A DNA stretch of 64,000 bases from assembly GCA_013239625.1 (NCBI GenBank), contig MU053606.1, positions 124,001 to 188,000 of the forward strand. The letters run 5' to 3'. The notes below the pieces were generated by a model, which saw only the letters and a list, made by a program, of their open reading frames with translations, was not told where the DNA came from and searched no databases. The DNA comes from Lama guanicoe (lineage: Eukaryota). Shown here in pieces: positions 62,086 to 64,000 of the stretch; positions within the stretch are counted from its first letter, which is position 1, and each line of letters starts with the position of its first letter. The position numbers were made by a program, and so were the translations under genes.

Positions 62086-62273
62086 GTGCCCTCACCTCCA
62101 GTGGCATCCATGCAGACATCAGCACTGAAACTGGCCGTGCTCAGAAATGCCTCAGCCCTGAAGACACAACTGACAAATAAGGACATCAGCACTGAAACTG
62201 GCCATGCTCAGAACTGCCTCAGCCCTGAAGACACAACTGACAAATAGAAGGGGGCCACGCCCTGTTACAGCAG
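62086..62273 (+). pseudogene. TRAPPC9: TRAPPC9-like exon 6, with an internal 67-bp duplication, stop codons and a lost donor
   Basis: ttcttcctctcggcttgcag| (G)ALTSSGIHADISTETGRAQKCLSPEDTTDK*, versus recalled human [41 protein letters not shown]. 62115-62179 is repeated at 62182-62246. Ends tgttacagcag|atgct, with no GT. Confidence 0.88.
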
Positions 62274-62419
62274 ATGCTCTCACTTTGTGGGTCCTTATGT
62301 AACTGCATGGTGTTATTCAGGATCACCCATTCTACATTGTGTGAAGCTGCTGCGGTGTCTCCTAGTTATTTGCTTCTGTAAGTACTCGTGTATTTTCTCC
62401 AATGCATGGTACTAGACAT

Positions 62420-64000
62420 CTAAAAATGCTTTTTTCAGATGAAAAATTATGTGTATTTAATATAATAAGTCTGAAAAAAGGGGCAAAAGGGGCTATCCTG
62501 GTCCCACTACTCACAGATAATAATTAACACTTTAACATCTATTTTCTGTTCTTTTCGTCAGTGTGTATCAGCTCTGTCATAAAAACCAGTGAGCACTCTG
62601 TGCGTGTTTACTGTGTGGAGACCTCCACTTTCCATTCGGCTTATTACAAGTTTTTCTACAATATTCTATCTCCCCTGGCATGATTTTTAATGACCAGTAT
62701 AGCATTCTGTCTTGTGGAGGCATCGTCCATTTTACTTTGGACTTAAATAAACTTTTAAATTCCAAGTATACTTAACTGAAGTGCTGAAAAGAGAACAGCG
62801 GTGGTACCTAAAGGCCCCGACATCCCTTCCCCTTATTTCCTGAGAGTAAAAGCTGTTGAAAATGTAGTGTATATATTTCATGACCTTTATGCCTATGACA
62901 TATATATATATATATACACCCATGCATACATACCTACATGCATACACGTATATCACAAATCTATGTATATGTGTGTGCATATATGCTTTATTAAAAATAA
63001 GGCCATACTGTATGTTTTCAGCAGCTCACTTTATTCACTTAGGGGTATATCGAAGACGTCCTCCCACTACAGACTCACCTAGTCCTTTCAGATAGAGTGG
63101 AGGGGTCTCCGGATGTGCAGGTGTGGTCTCTTGTGCAAGGACACCTTTGGTGGGAGAGTGCTGTGGACAAGATGCTGGACCATGCCGAAACGCTGGCCCC
63201 CTCAGAGCCCACAGCTCACCGTGATTTACTGCATCATTGTCTTGATGGTGGACACTTAAGTTTTCTCCATTTTCCACTGTCAGAAAGGATATTTGACTGG
63301 CATCCTTCTTGTACAGACATTCCTGTGATCTTTTATGAGTATTACTTTAGTTAAGGCTTCTGGAAATTTAGTCCCTGGATGTGACATTTACATTCATCAC
63401 AGGCTCCTTTCTAGTGACATTAGAAATTCTTTCTCCAGTGGGGAATTAAAAGATGTAAAATAACTTATGTAACCAATTCTCTATCGCTGGATATGATTTC
63501 ACTTCAGCTTTTCTTCCCACCATTGTAAACAGTGCTGTGTAAATGCCCTGATGAATACATCTTTTGGAACTGATTTTTTTTTCTAAATGAAATGATTCCT
63601 GGAAGTGGAGTTCAGTTTGTGTGTATGCACGTTTCTTAGAGTTTACATATCCATTAAAATGTCATCCTCTGAAAAAGTCGCTCATGGTTTGTTCTCCCAC
63701 AGATGGACACTAGCTAGTATACCTTTTAAAAATATTTGCCAATATGATGAGCAAAAGTGTTTTTTCATTGTTTTAGTTTGCATTTGATGACCAGTAAGGT
63801 ATTGAGAATTTTTCTCTCATTAGCCATCTGACTTTTAAATAGTGAATGATCCCTTTTGTTCTTTGCACACATTTAATTGAGGGAGCTTCTGGTTGCTTTG
63901 TGATAGCTTTGTATGTTATGAACATTAACCCCTTGTCTTCATCAACATGTATCACAGAGCTTTTTCTTGTCATTACTTGCCTTTCATTTTGTTCAGTAGG
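62420..64000 (-). mobile_element. Old L1 (L1ME-type) fragments with a (TA)n/(CA)-rich tract at ~62897-62985
   Basis: ttgatggtggacacttaagttttctcc; aaacagtgctgtgtaaatgcc; ttttagtttgcatttgatgacca. Confidence 0.7.

Noticed and set aside
36853..62273. Calling this the functional TRAPPC9 gene
   Set aside because: Multiple indels, premature stops, no exon 4 found, a lost exon 6 donor and many radical substitutions in a highly conserved protein.
18749..62273. Adaptive story linking MRAP2 and TRAPPC9 (both tied to obesity phenotypes) to camelid fat storage
   Set aside because: Both copies are disabled and nothing in the sequence supports selection or expression; co-occurrence may be chance.

Overview
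Mammalian genomic DNA, most likely camelid: it carries tRNA-derived SINEs resembling vic-1, plus L1, L2, MIR, MLT1 and hAT fossils. I can support no intact protein-coding gene. The window reads as a mosaic of decayed, intron-containing (unprocessed) fragments of three genes that are unlinked in human. (1) POFUT2 exons 1-2 with a CpG-island promoter, minus strand, 3.6-5.9 kb. (2) The last exon and likely 3' UTR of MRAP2, plus strand, 18.7-20.7 kb, frameshifted. (3) A 25-kb TRAPPC9 5' segment, plus strand, 36.9-62.3 kb, with exons 2, 3, the 27-nt microexon 5 and 6 but no exon 4 found. Between them lie a GC-rich array of about 12-13 degenerate ~150-bp units, several with splice-donor motifs, followed by small non-coding exon-like segments leading into the MRAP2 exon. 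There is also an inverted pair of same-family LTRs and an NRF1-motif CpG island with a strong donor facing the TRAPPC9 copy. Gene identities and exon numbering come from my recall of the human genes, not from a database search. Repeat names and boundaries are approximate. Any transcription is inference.
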